A stretch of 64,000 bases of DNA. Source: Staphylococcus phage vB_SscM-1. How positions within the stretch are numbered: position 1 is the stretch's first letter; each line of letters opens with the position of its first letter. Location of the stretch: sequence record NC_047767.1; one strand, written 5' to 3'. A model generated the notes under the pieces. The model was not told where the DNA came from. It saw only the letters and a program-made list of their open reading frames with translations, and did no database searches. Positions 27,748 through 35,916 of the stretch are shown here, one piece after another. The position numbers and the translations under genes are program-made.

Positions 27748-28086
27748 ATGGCATCAGAAGCTAAACAAACAGTCCATACTGGTAATACCGTCCTTCTAAT
27801 GATTAAAGGTAAACCGGTAGGAAGAGCTCAATCAGCATCAGGTCAACGTCAATATGGAACTACTGGTGTATACGAGATTGGGTCAATCATGCCTCAAGAA
27901 CACGTTTACTTAAAATATGAAGGTACATTAACAGTAGAACGTTTAAGAATGAAGAAAGAAAACTTTGCAAAACTAGGATATGCTTCATTAGGTGAAGAAA
28001 TCCTTAAGAAGGATATCATTGATATTCTTATTATTGATAACTTAACTAAACAAGTTATTATTAGTTATCACGGTTGTAGTGCCAAT
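27748..28086 (+). CDS. tail tube protein, exon 1
   Basis: 113 codons ending …ISYHGCSAN. The track ORF reads 2 more codons into the intron before its stop. Exon 1 ends on U28086. Confidence 0.6.
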
Positions 28087-28420
28087 AAATAATTGTTGCC
28101 TCTATACAGTAATGTATAGTTGAATAATACCTGAAATTGCGGGAACCCCTTAAAGCTAATCAAACTACAAAGTAATCCGAAAGGATAAGCTTGAATGTTA
28201 CGAAAGTAGAAAAAATTGATTAGATGGTATAAGGTGAGATAAAAGCATTAGTAACTAACGACATATTACTAGTGTCCTAAGTACTGGAACAATAGGAAAT
28301 CCGCAGGCAAGCTTACGAAAGTGAGAAGCTTCAACGACTGTAATAGGTAGACTCCTTATAAATAAGGGTCATGGGACAGTCTAACCCCTTTAAAATATAT
28401 TGAAAGATAGGGTGTAAGTG
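28087..28420 (+). mobile_element. group I intron (tail tube intron 1, 334 nt, ORF-less)
   Basis: A 334-nt non-coding segment ending in G28420, with conserved elements shared with intron 2 (…ucaACGACUguaau…). Exon 2 resumes the tube frame (NYNESWTTNEIVTESIEFSYLTAS). Confidence 0.55.
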
Positions 28421-28490
28421 AACTATAACGAGAGCTGGACAACTAATGAAATTGTAACAGAATCTATTGAGTTTAGTTATTTAACAGCAT
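28421..28490 (+). CDS. tail tube protein, exon 2 (70 nt)
   Basis: In-frame continuation; ends on U28490. Confidence 0.5.
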
Positions 28491-28740
28491 CAACTAACTA
28501 GGTGCCTTTACACAGCAATGTGTATCGAACAATCCTCTAATTCAGGGAACCTCTAAACATATTAAGATGTAGACAATCCTGAGCTAAGCTCCTTTAAGGA
28601 GAAAGTGCAACGACTAGTCAGAATGACGTACACTCAAGTGAGTGGAAATGGGGATTACCCTTATGGGGTAGTGATATAGTCTGAACTATATGGAAACATA
28701 TAGAAGGTTAGGAATAACGAACCTAATCGTAACATAATTG
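28491..28740 (+). mobile_element. group I intron (tail tube intron 2, 250 nt, ORF-less)
   Basis: Non-coding segment with a core resembling intron 1 (…gcaACGACUagucag…, …cagcaatgtgtat…). It ends in G28740. Confidence 0.5.
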
Positions 28741-28760
28741 CAGATAAAGCTTCAAATTAA
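28741..28760 (+). CDS. tail tube protein, exon 3 (20-nt micro-exon: ca gat aaa gct tca aat taa)
   Basis: It completes …LTAS-DKASN-stop, giving a 142-aa product, and is followed at once by a terminator hairpin. Confidence 0.45.
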
Positions 28761-28765
28761 TAAGG

Positions 28766-28800
28766 AAGACCTAACAATAAAAGTTAGGTCTTTAATTTTA
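28766..28800 (+). terminator. rho-independent terminator after tail tube
   Basis: Stem aagacctaac/gttaggtctt with loop aataaaa, then taatttta. Confidence 0.5.
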
Positions 28801-28803
28801 TAC

Positions 28804-28832
28804 TTGCTTTGTCAGAAGCAGTGTGGTATAAT
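28804..28832 (+). promoter_or_regulatory. promoter TTGCTT-N17-TGgTATAAT for the free-standing endonuclease gene
   Basis: -35 at 28804..28809, extended -10 at 28824..28832. RBS ataaggaggtaat lies before the ATG at 28856. Confidence 0.5.
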
Positions 28833-28855
28833 ATAAAATATAAGGAGGTAATATT

Positions 28856-29788
28856 ATGACAAATACAAATCAATTCACATTCAATATAGAGAAGAGTAAA
28901 GAGATATGGAATGAATGGTGTATAAACCAAAATTTAAAACCCTTAGTAGAATATGAAAAGTCACAACAAACTTTTTACTTTGAATTCTTAGAAGGTAAAT
29001 TTAAGGGGTTAGTAGGTAAAACATATTGGGCTAGTATTAAGAGAGGCTCTATTATGTTAATGAGTTGTTTAACACCTGAAAGTAAAGATAAATATATTAA
29101 GTCTTTAGGAGAGTCAAAAGGTATCAGGATACTTGAAGACTATAAAGGTGGTAGAAAGATTAAACATAAATTTATAGTAGCGGAAGGTAAATACCAAGGA
29201 TGTGAAGGATATATAACGTTAAATGATTTAGAGAGTTTAGGTAGAATAGACAACAGAAGTTTATCTGAAAAAGGAAGGAAACAATATTTTGATAAGCAAG
29301 CAAGACTCAGAGATTGTGTTATTTTAGAATATCCTAAGGAATATAGAATAAAAACTAAAGATAAGATAATAGTAAAAGATAAAGAAGGTCATGTTCATAA
29401 TATTATTGTACAGGACTTTTTTGAGAAAACATCTTTAATGGAACTATCTTGTGCTAGTGAAGGGGAGAAAATAGTTAAAGAAATACTTACTAAAAATGCT
29501 ATAAAATTTGAGAAAGAAAAATCATTCAGAAATAAAGAAGGTAGAATACAAAGATTTGACTTTTATATTAATGAAAATAATAAAGAGTATGTAATAGAAT
29601 ATAATGGTGCACAACATTATAGAGATTCTACAGGATACCTCAAAGATACTTTAGAAGTAACTCAGAAAAGAGATAAACTAAAAAAAGAATATATTAAAGA
29701 TAAAGGAATAGAGTTATTAATTATTCCTTACACAGTAACAGATAAAAAAGAAATGGAAGAAATGATTTTAGACTTTTTTAACAAATAA
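28856..29788 (+). CDS. free-standing homing-endonuclease-like protein with DUF559/Vsr-like nuclease domain (paralogue of the terL intron ORF)
   Basis: C-terminus RFDFYINENNKEYVIEYNGAQHY…QKRDKLKKEYIKDKGIELLIIPY is homologous to the C-terminus of 11287..12219. The N-terminal 200 aa are unrelated and lack the zinc-ribbon repeats. Confidence 0.6.
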   Translation: MTNTNQFTFNIEKSKEIWNEWCINQNLKPLVEYEKSQQTFYFEFLEGKFKGLVGKTYWASIKRGSIMLMSCLTPESKDKYIKSLGESKGIRILEDYKGGRKIKHKFIVAEGKYQGCEGYITLNDLESLGRIDNRSLSEKGRKQYFDKQARLRDCVILEYPKEYRIKTKDKIIVKDKEGHVHNIIVQDFFEKTSLMELSCASEGEKIVKEILTKNAIKFEKEKSFRNKEGRIQRFDFYINENNKEYVIEYNGAQHYRDSTGYLKDTLEVTQKRDKLKKEYIKDKGIELLIIPYTVTDKKEMEEMILDFFNK

Positions 29789-29844
29789 CCCTTGACTCAT
29801 CCTCAAGGGTTATGCTATACTTTAAATAAAGGAGGAGAGATATA

Positions 29845-30003
29845 ATGAATAACAGACAATCTAAAATAAAAGGATACAACATGTTTCATTATTACGACTA
29901 CCCTACAACTAAAGGAAAATTTAAAAAGATAATGAAAAGGAAATCTAGAACAGAACTTAAAAAAGACTTACAGAAAGAAAGGGATAACTATGAAAAAGAG
30001 TAA
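29845..30003 (+). CDS. hypothetical small basic peptide (52 aa)
   Basis: RBS aaaggaggag 7 nt upstream; K/R-rich (pI very high). Below the ORF-track size cutoff. Confidence 0.3.
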   Translation: MNNRQSKIKGYNMFHYYDYPTTKGKFKKIMKRKSRTELKKDLQKERDNYEKE

Positions 30004-30133
30004 TAAAAAGACCTTAGGTAAGATGACACATAAAAGAGCAGTTTGGGATATTAACCCTGTAACAAGAGTAACTAAAGACAAAACAAAATATACTAGAAAA
30101 AAGAAGCATAAAAATGTTGACAATAATTATTAA
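29990..30133 (+). CDS. hypothetical small basic peptide (47 aa)
   Basis: Overlaps the previous ORF by 14 nt in another frame; extremely K-rich. Its 3' end overlaps the next promoter. Confidence 0.2.
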   Translation: MKKSNKKTLGKMTHKRAVWDINPVTRVTKDKTKYTRKKKHKNVDNNY

Positions 30134-30145
30134 AGATGTTATAAT
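30117..30145 (+). promoter_or_regulatory. sigma-A consensus promoter TTGACA-N17-TATAAT
   Basis: -35 at 30117..30122 and -10 at 30140..30145, upstream of the 30176 gene. Confidence 0.55.
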
Positions 30146-30175
30146 ACTATTATAAACAGTAAGGAGACGATATTA

Positions 30176-30436
30176 ATGAGAATGACAGAGCATGTAAGAT
30201 ATACTATGGATTGCTTTATGCAACTAGGTGTTACATTTGAAGTAACACCTGAAGCCATTATTGTAGTAGCAACAGATGAAGATGTTTACAGTATCCAATT
30301 TAAAGATGGTATTGCAGAGGTAGCATATAGATATTATGGAAAACTTAAAAGATTAGGTGTGTTACAGCATTTAACAAACTATACACTAGAAGAAACACCA
30401 CAAATGTGTGAAGAGATAAAGGAGCATATTCAATGA
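30176..30436 (+). CDS. hypothetical protein
   Basis: 86-aa ORF with RBS aaggagacg. Confidence 0.5.
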   Translation: MRMTEHVRYTMDCFMQLGVTFEVTPEAIIVVATDEDVYSIQFKDGIAEVAYRYYGKLKRLGVLQHLTNYTLEETPQMCEEIKEHIQ

Positions 30437-30729
30437 AAAAAATAACAATTATCAGAGAAGAATTAGAAAGTAATTTAAGTAAATTCCCAGAAGGGAAAAG
30501 TAAGTTTGATGCAATTGAAATTAACAGTATTTTAGAAGTATTTAAATCTAAAACTAGACAAGCAGAGAAGATTACTAAGAAGTACTTACCAGGACAAGAA
30601 GTACTGACAATTGATTACAGTCTGTATGACTCATTACAGGAGTATTATACATACTTAATCAATAATAAAGAAAGAATCATTCAAGGATTACAGGAAATTG
30701 TAAATAAAATAAAAGATTTAGAAAAGTAA
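30433..30729 (+). CDS. hypothetical protein
   Basis: 98 aa; translationally coupled (atga overlap). Confidence 0.5.
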   Translation: MKKITIIREELESNLSKFPEGKSKFDAIEINSILEVFKSKTRQAEKITKKYLPGQEVLTIDYSLYDSLQEYYTYLINNKERIIQGLQEIVNKIKDLEK

Positions 30730-30859
30730 TTTTGACTTTAAAAGTAAATATGTTATAATAGAGATAAGCTTAAGAGCCTGTACTAAGTACGTGTTATATT
30801 AAATATGACAGTGAATAGTACAGGTTTATTATTTATAAAAAGGAAGGTAAAGGATATTT

Positions 30860-31282
30860 ATGGAAGAAAATAAAGAGACTAAAGATGTTAAAGATATGAC
30901 ACCTGAAGAAATTGAAGAAATGAAATATAAAGTAGAAAAAGACAAAGAAAAGACAGTTAACAAAGTAATACGTGGCGTTAATGATGTATGGGAAAAGGAA
31001 TATGATTTTAAAGAACTAGACTTAAAATTTAAAGTTAAAGTTAGATACCCTAATGCTAGAGAGCAAGGTCGTATTTTTGCTTTACGTTCATCTTTCCTAG
31101 GTGGCATGGATATGTACCAAAATGAAGATGTATTCCAAGCATACCAGATGTTAGCAACGTTACAAGAAGTGGGGGAAGAAGTTCCTAAAGAATTCAGAGA
31201 TGTTGAAGAAGTATATAACTTATACCCATTAAAAGTTATGTTCCAAGACTGGATTGAATTCTTAAGTTCCTTTCGATACTAG
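30860..31282 (+). CDS. putative tail assembly chaperone (acidic)
   Basis: 140-aa acidic protein upstream of the tape measure gene. Confidence 0.35.
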   Translation: MEENKETKDVKDMTPEEIEEMKYKVEKDKEKTVNKVIRGVNDVWEKEYDFKELDLKFKVKVRYPNAREQGRIFALRSSFLGGMDMYQNEDVFQAYQMLATLQEVGEEVPKEFRDVEEVYNLYPLKVMFQDWIEFLSSFRY

Positions 31283-31307
31283 AAATGAAATACTAGAGCA
31301 TGGGGGT

Positions 31308-31832
31308 ATGGACTCCCTAGTAAAGACACCTTATGCAAGAAATATGTGGGCTATCATGAAAGAATTTAAGGTATTACCTACAGAGAAGAGATTCCAGGAC
31401 TTATCATATGAACAGATGGACTTTATCATTGCAAGTATGAATAGAGATAATTGGTTAGAGTACCAAGCTTCTAAAGGACAACAACACATGGATAATCTTG
31501 TAGAAGATGACGATACTAGTTGGTGGGATACAGCTCATGATGAGTTTGACCCTGTACCAGACTTCTTAGATGCAGAAGACCTAGCTAGACAGGTAGAAGA
31601 TAAGATGTCTGATTTAGAGAAAGAACAAAGACAAAACAGATTTGATGCAGAAATGGAAGATGAAGAAGATTTAATGCATCAAAATAAGATGGAACTTATT
31701 AAGAGAAATATTGAGGAGCTAGATGAAGAATTAGCCAACGGAAGATTTGAAGGTGACTTAAATCCTCAAGTATCTCAAGAAAGTATTAACCAAGCACTAA
31801 ATGAATTTGATGATGATGATTTATACATTTAA
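31308..31832 (+). CDS. putative tail assembly chaperone (very acidic C-terminus)
   Basis: 174 aa with a D/E-rich tail (…NEFDDDDLYI), directly upstream of the tape measure gene. Confidence 0.35.
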   Translation: MDSLVKTPYARNMWAIMKEFKVLPTEKRFQDLSYEQMDFIIASMNRDNWLEYQASKGQQHMDNLVEDDDTSWWDTAHDEFDPVPDFLDAEDLARQVEDKMSDLEKEQRQNRFDAEMEDEEDLMHQNKMELIKRNIEELDEELANGRFEGDLNPQVSQESINQALNEFDDDDLYI

Positions 31833-31888
31833 GGGTGGTAGAATTTACTACCATCCTATTTTTTATACTATAGGATGGTGAGTAAAGA

Positions 31889-34800
31889 ATGGCAATGAAT
31901 GATAACTATAGGTTAAATATATCGGGTGATAGTAGAGATTTAGAAAGAAGTTTGCAAACTATTATTGCCATGATGGATGCTATAGAAGAAAGAGACCTAG
32001 GTAAATCAGTAGAAGGTTTCGGAGAAAAGTTAAGAGAGATTGCAAAATTAACAAAAGAAGTACAAAATATAAGTAGTAAGAACCAGGATAGCTCATTTGT
32101 ATCTGCTAAAGATATGAATGATACAATACAGTCTACTAAAGAAGCTACTAAGCTTATACAGGAATTCCAAAAAGCTTTACAAGAGGTTCAGAATCAAAGA
32201 ATATCTGACGGTATAGCTCCTGACCCAGAAGTTATTAAAACATATGAAAAATTAGAAGGGGTACTAGGAAATACTAAACAGAAAATGGATTCTATGTCAT
32301 CTGTAACAGTAGGTAAAGATGGTAGTATCAATTCTCTTATGAAGGACATGGAACGCCTAGGAACCCTAACTGATGACTTCTATAACAGTACAGAAAGAGC
32401 AAGAGAAGCACAAGAAAGGTTATCTCAAGTTAGAGCTACAAGAAATAGAGTACAGAGAAACTTAGAGAAGTCAGAAGTAACAAACAATATGACGTATGAC
32501 CAAGGTGTACAAACAAGACAAGCTCTTAATTCTGTTAATACATTTAAAAATGATAGAGAAAGATTCTCAGCAGAAATAGAAAAAACTAGAAAAAGCTACA
32601 TGGAATCAAAAGGCTCACATCAGCAACTAGCAAACGATTTCTCAGAAGGAAGAATTGACAAGAAAACTTATGAGAAAGAAAGAGCTCAAATAGAAGCTAC
32701 TATAGATGCTAGAGCAAAAGAAATTAAGAACATGGAAGCACTTCAAAGGGAACTAGACAAAACAATAAAATACTTTGAAGGCTCAGCACAACAAGAATTC
32801 GGTACTAGAACATCTGATGCACAACGAGGAACTTATGAAAGAATGATGCAAGAAAGAGCACCATCAATCGGTTCTCATGCTGTAATGGGAGGACTAGCTG
32901 TAGGTGCAGGTATGTACTTACAAGGTAAAGGACTATCAGAGACTAATAGACCCTATAAAGTAGCTTTAGGTCAACAGATGGGTGAGAGTGATTATACAAG
33001 TCTAAGAAGTACTTTTGCTAAGGATTCTATAGACAATAAGCTAGGTTTAACAGGTACAGATATGCTTCAACTGGCAGAGCAATACAATGCTTCTGCAGGA
33101 TATACAAGTCAAGAAGATACAAGAAGTGCTACAGTAGAACTAGGTACTGGAATGCGTTCAATGGGTATTGCTAATAGTGATGCCTATAAAGAGTCCATGG
33201 CATCACTTATCCATACTGGAGGAATATCTGGAGGTATGGAAATTAAGGACATGCAGAATGCTTTCATCGGTGGACTAAAAGAGTCTGGAATGGTTGGTCG
33301 TAATGAAGAGCAACTTAAAGCATTAACAACTATTGCAGAACAGAATTCACAAGGTAGAACACTCACTAATAAAGAAATGGATAACCTAACAGCTACACAA
33401 GCTGTATTAGCAGGAACAGGCTCAAAAGCATTACAAGGTGAACAAGGTGCTCAGTTTATGACTGGACTTGACCAGGGTATTAGAGGAGCTTCTGGAGATG
33501 CTTACAATAGGTTAGCAATGGGATGGGGAACTGAATACCAAGGCGTAACAGGTATGAGAGAGTTTGATAAACAAGCTCAAAAAGGTATAGCAGACCCAGA
33601 TAACTTACAGAACTTCTATGATGTAGCAATGTCTCAAGGTGCAACAACTGAAGACCAAAAAGCTTATTTCTATCAAAATATGAAGAATCTAAATCCAGAG
33701 ACTACAGTAGAACAATCAGATGAGTTATTTAAACTTATGGATAAAGGAGATTTATCTGAGAAAGAGTTGAAGAAAAGACTCAAAGATATGGAAGATAAAG
33801 GCTCTAAAGAAAAAGATAAGAACTCAGAAGATTATAAGGAATCAGATGAAGGAAAGAATGACCAAAATAAAGCTAAGTTTGATAAACTAGCAGAAGACAT
33901 ATACGATTTAGCACAACCTATGAGAAATCTTCATGGAGCAACTATGAGCTTGCCTGCTCCGTTCTACTTACTAGGAGCATCAGCAGTAGCTTTAGCAATG
34001 TCATTTGCTAAGTCAATGGCTATGATGAAAGGTTCAGAGATGCTAACTAGAGGAGGCGTAAGAGGTAGTCGTTCTAGAATGGCAGGTAAGAATACTCCTA
34101 AGGGTGGAGGTAACACACCTAAAGGAGGAGGACTTGCTGGATGGGGTTCTGCAGGAATGGCAGGACTTGCTGGTATGTTCGGTATGGATACTCCTGGAGG
34201 AGAAGGTAAACAGACTAAAGGTATGCCTAGCTTTGGTGGAGGAGCCACTGATACCGGAACAGATAATAAGAAGGGTACTGGCGGAGGTATGTTCGGAAGA
34301 GTTAGAGACTTCTTTAGTAAGGATAAACCAGTAGACCCTAACTTAAAAGATTTTAATACCCTTGAAAAAGATGCTACTAACAAACGAAGATTCTTTGGAA
34401 TGGGAGATAAATTTAAAGACCTGTTCGGTAAAATATCCGATATAGGAGGACAATCACCAGGGGGAAATAGAACATTCGGAAGTAAGTTAAAAGACTTTGC
34501 CAAAGGCTCAGGAAGTAAATTAAAAGGTTTTGGTAAATCCATATGGAATGGAGCTAAAGACCCAACTCCAGGAGGATTTAGTAACTCTAACAAGTTAGTT
34601 TCAGGAGCAGGTAAAGCAGGAGGACTCTTAAAGAAAGTACCGTATCTTGGACTAGGACTCATGGCAGGAGAAGGTATAGCTAGAACTCTAGGAGGAGAAG
34701 ATGGAAACCAAGTAGGTGGAGATATAGCAAGCGGATTCCTAGACCCTCTAGGACTAGGTTACGGTAAAAAAGTTGGAGACAATCTAGCTAAAAAAGGTGA

Positions 34801-35854
34801 AGAAGCCGAAAAGAACCCTGTAGGTTGGGGTGAATGGAAAAAAGGTGACCGAGGACTAATAGGTAATGCTGTTACAGGAGCATGGGATGGTATTAAAGGT
34901 ATCTTCGGAGGTAAGAAAGCAGAAGCTAGTGAGGAGAAAGGCGGTTCTGGAGGTGGCAGTTCTTTAGACAATAAAGACTACATGAAAGAAGGAAAGAAAT
35001 CTCCTATGAGAGCTAGAATGGATGCTGAAAGACTAAGAGAGAAAAACAATACTTCTGAAACAGAAAATCTCCAAACATATAGAGGACTATTAGATAGATT
35101 TGAACAACTTATCCAAGAAGCTAAATCCTTAGATATAGGAGGAGGCTCAGAAGACTCTGACTCAAGTTCAGATGGTAAAAGTGCTAGTGAAATTGGTGGC
35201 ACGGGGGCTAAGAAAATCTGGGGATTCTTTAAAGACAAAGGATTATCAGATTCTCAAATATCTGCACTAATGGGTAACTTACAACAAGAAAGTAACTTAG
35301 ACCCTAATGCTGTAAACGGTGATAGTGGAGCATTTGGTATAGCTCAATGGCTAGGTTCCAGAAAAACAGGATTAGAGAACTTTGCTAAATCTAAAGGTAA
35401 GAAGAAAAATGATTTAGATGTTCAACTTGATTATCTGTGGAAAGAAATGAATACAGATTATGAAAGTAACAACCTGAAAAATGCTGGATGGTCTAAAAAT
35501 GGAAGTGTATCTAAAAATACATCAGCATTTGCATACGGTTTTGAGCGTATGGGTAGAGACGAAGCAATGATGAGTACTAGAGAGAAAAATGCTAAATCCT
35601 TCAAAGAGAAGTATGGAGGAGGAGGTAGTGGAGGTTTTGATATTCCTAGTTCTCTATCAACACCTGTTCAGGCATACTCATCTACACCAACCAATAGTAC
35701 GGAAAACACAACAAACCATAACAATAATGTAAACATTAATGTTACAGTAGAAGGTGGAAGCAACCCAGAAGAAACAGGAGACTTAGTAGGTAATGCTATA
35801 GCAAGTAGAATTAGTTCTCTTGATGTATTTACTAATCAGCAAAGAAGAAAATAG
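31889..35854 (+). CDS. tail tape measure protein with C-terminal lysozyme-like (tail lysozyme) domain
   Basis: 1321 aa with a coiled-coil N-terminal half, Gly-rich repetitive middle, and C-terminal segment GLSDSQISALMGNLQQESNLDPNAVNGDSGAFGIAQW typical of phage tail lysozyme-like domains. Confidence 0.7.
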   Translation: MAMNDNYRLNISGDSRDLERSLQTIIAMMDAIEERDLGKSVEGFGEKLREIAKLTKEVQNISSKNQDSSFVSAKDMNDTIQSTKEATKLIQEFQKALQEVQNQRISDGIAPDPEVIKTYEKLEGVLGNTKQKMDSMSSVTVGKDGSINSLMKDMERLGTLTDDFYNSTERAREAQERLSQVRATRNRVQRNLEKSEVTNNMTYDQGVQTRQALNSVNTFKNDRERFSAEIEKTRKSYMESKGSHQQLANDFSEGRIDKKTYEKERAQIEATIDARAKEIKNMEALQRELDKTIKYFEGSAQQEFGTRTSDAQRGTYERMMQERAPSIGSHAVMGGLAVGAGMYLQGKGLSETNRPYKVALGQQMGESDYTSLRSTFAKDSIDNKLGLTGTDMLQLAEQYNASAGYTSQEDTRSATVELGTGMRSMGIANSDAYKESMASLIHTGGISGGMEIKDMQNAFIGGLKESGMVGRNEEQLKALTTIAEQNSQGRTLTNKEMDNLTATQAVLAGTGSKALQGEQGAQFMTGLDQGIRGASGDAYNRLAMGWGTEYQGVTGMREFDKQAQKGIADPDNLQNFYDVAMSQGATTEDQKAYFYQNMKNLNPETTVEQSDELFKLMDKGDLSEKELKKRLKDMEDKGSKEKDKNSEDYKESDEGKNDQNKAKFDKLAEDIYDLAQPMRNLHGATMSLPAPFYLLGASAVALAMSFAKSMAMMKGSEMLTRGGVRGSRSRMAGKNTPKGGGNTPKGGGLAGWGSAGMAGLAGMFGMDTPGGEGKQTKGMPSFGGGATDTGTDNKKGTGGGMFGRVRDFFSKDKPVDPNLKDFNTLEKDATNKRRFFGMGDKFKDLFGKISDIGGQSPGGNRTFGSKLKDFAKGSGSKLKGFGKSIWNGAKDPTPGGFSNSNKLVSGAGKAGGLLKKVPYLGLGLMAGEGIARTLGGEDGNQVGGDIASGFLDPLGLGYGKKVGDNLAKKGEEAEKNPVGWGEWKKGDRGLIGNAVTGAWDGIKGIFGGKKAEASEEKGGSGGGSSLDNKDYMKEGKKSPMRARMDAERLREKNNTSETENLQTYRGLLDRFEQLIQEAKSLDIGGGSEDSDSSSDGKSASEIGGTGAKKIWGFFKDKGLSDSQISALMGNLQQESNLDPNAVNGDSGAFGIAQWLGSRKTGLENFAKSKGKKKNDLDVQLDYLWKEMNTDYESNNLKNAGWSKNGSVSKNTSAFAYGFERMGRDEAMMSTREKNAKSFKEKYGGGGSGGFDIPSSLSTPVQAYSSTPTNSTENTTNHNNNVNINVTVEGGSNPEETGDLVGNAIASRISSLDVFTNQQRRK

Positions 35855-35916
35855 TTGACTTAAAGAGTAGTATGTGATATACTACTCTTATACATATTAA
35901 AGGAAATGGTGAGATT

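Noticed and set aside
28856-29788. The endonuclease ORF as the passenger of a third tail tube intron.
   Set aside because: The tube reading frame already ends with a stop inside the 20-nt exon 3, giving a 142-aa product. A terminator hairpin and an independent promoter plus RBS separate it from the ORF, and no further in-frame tube-like exon follows 29788. I cannot exclude an intron in the 3' UTR.
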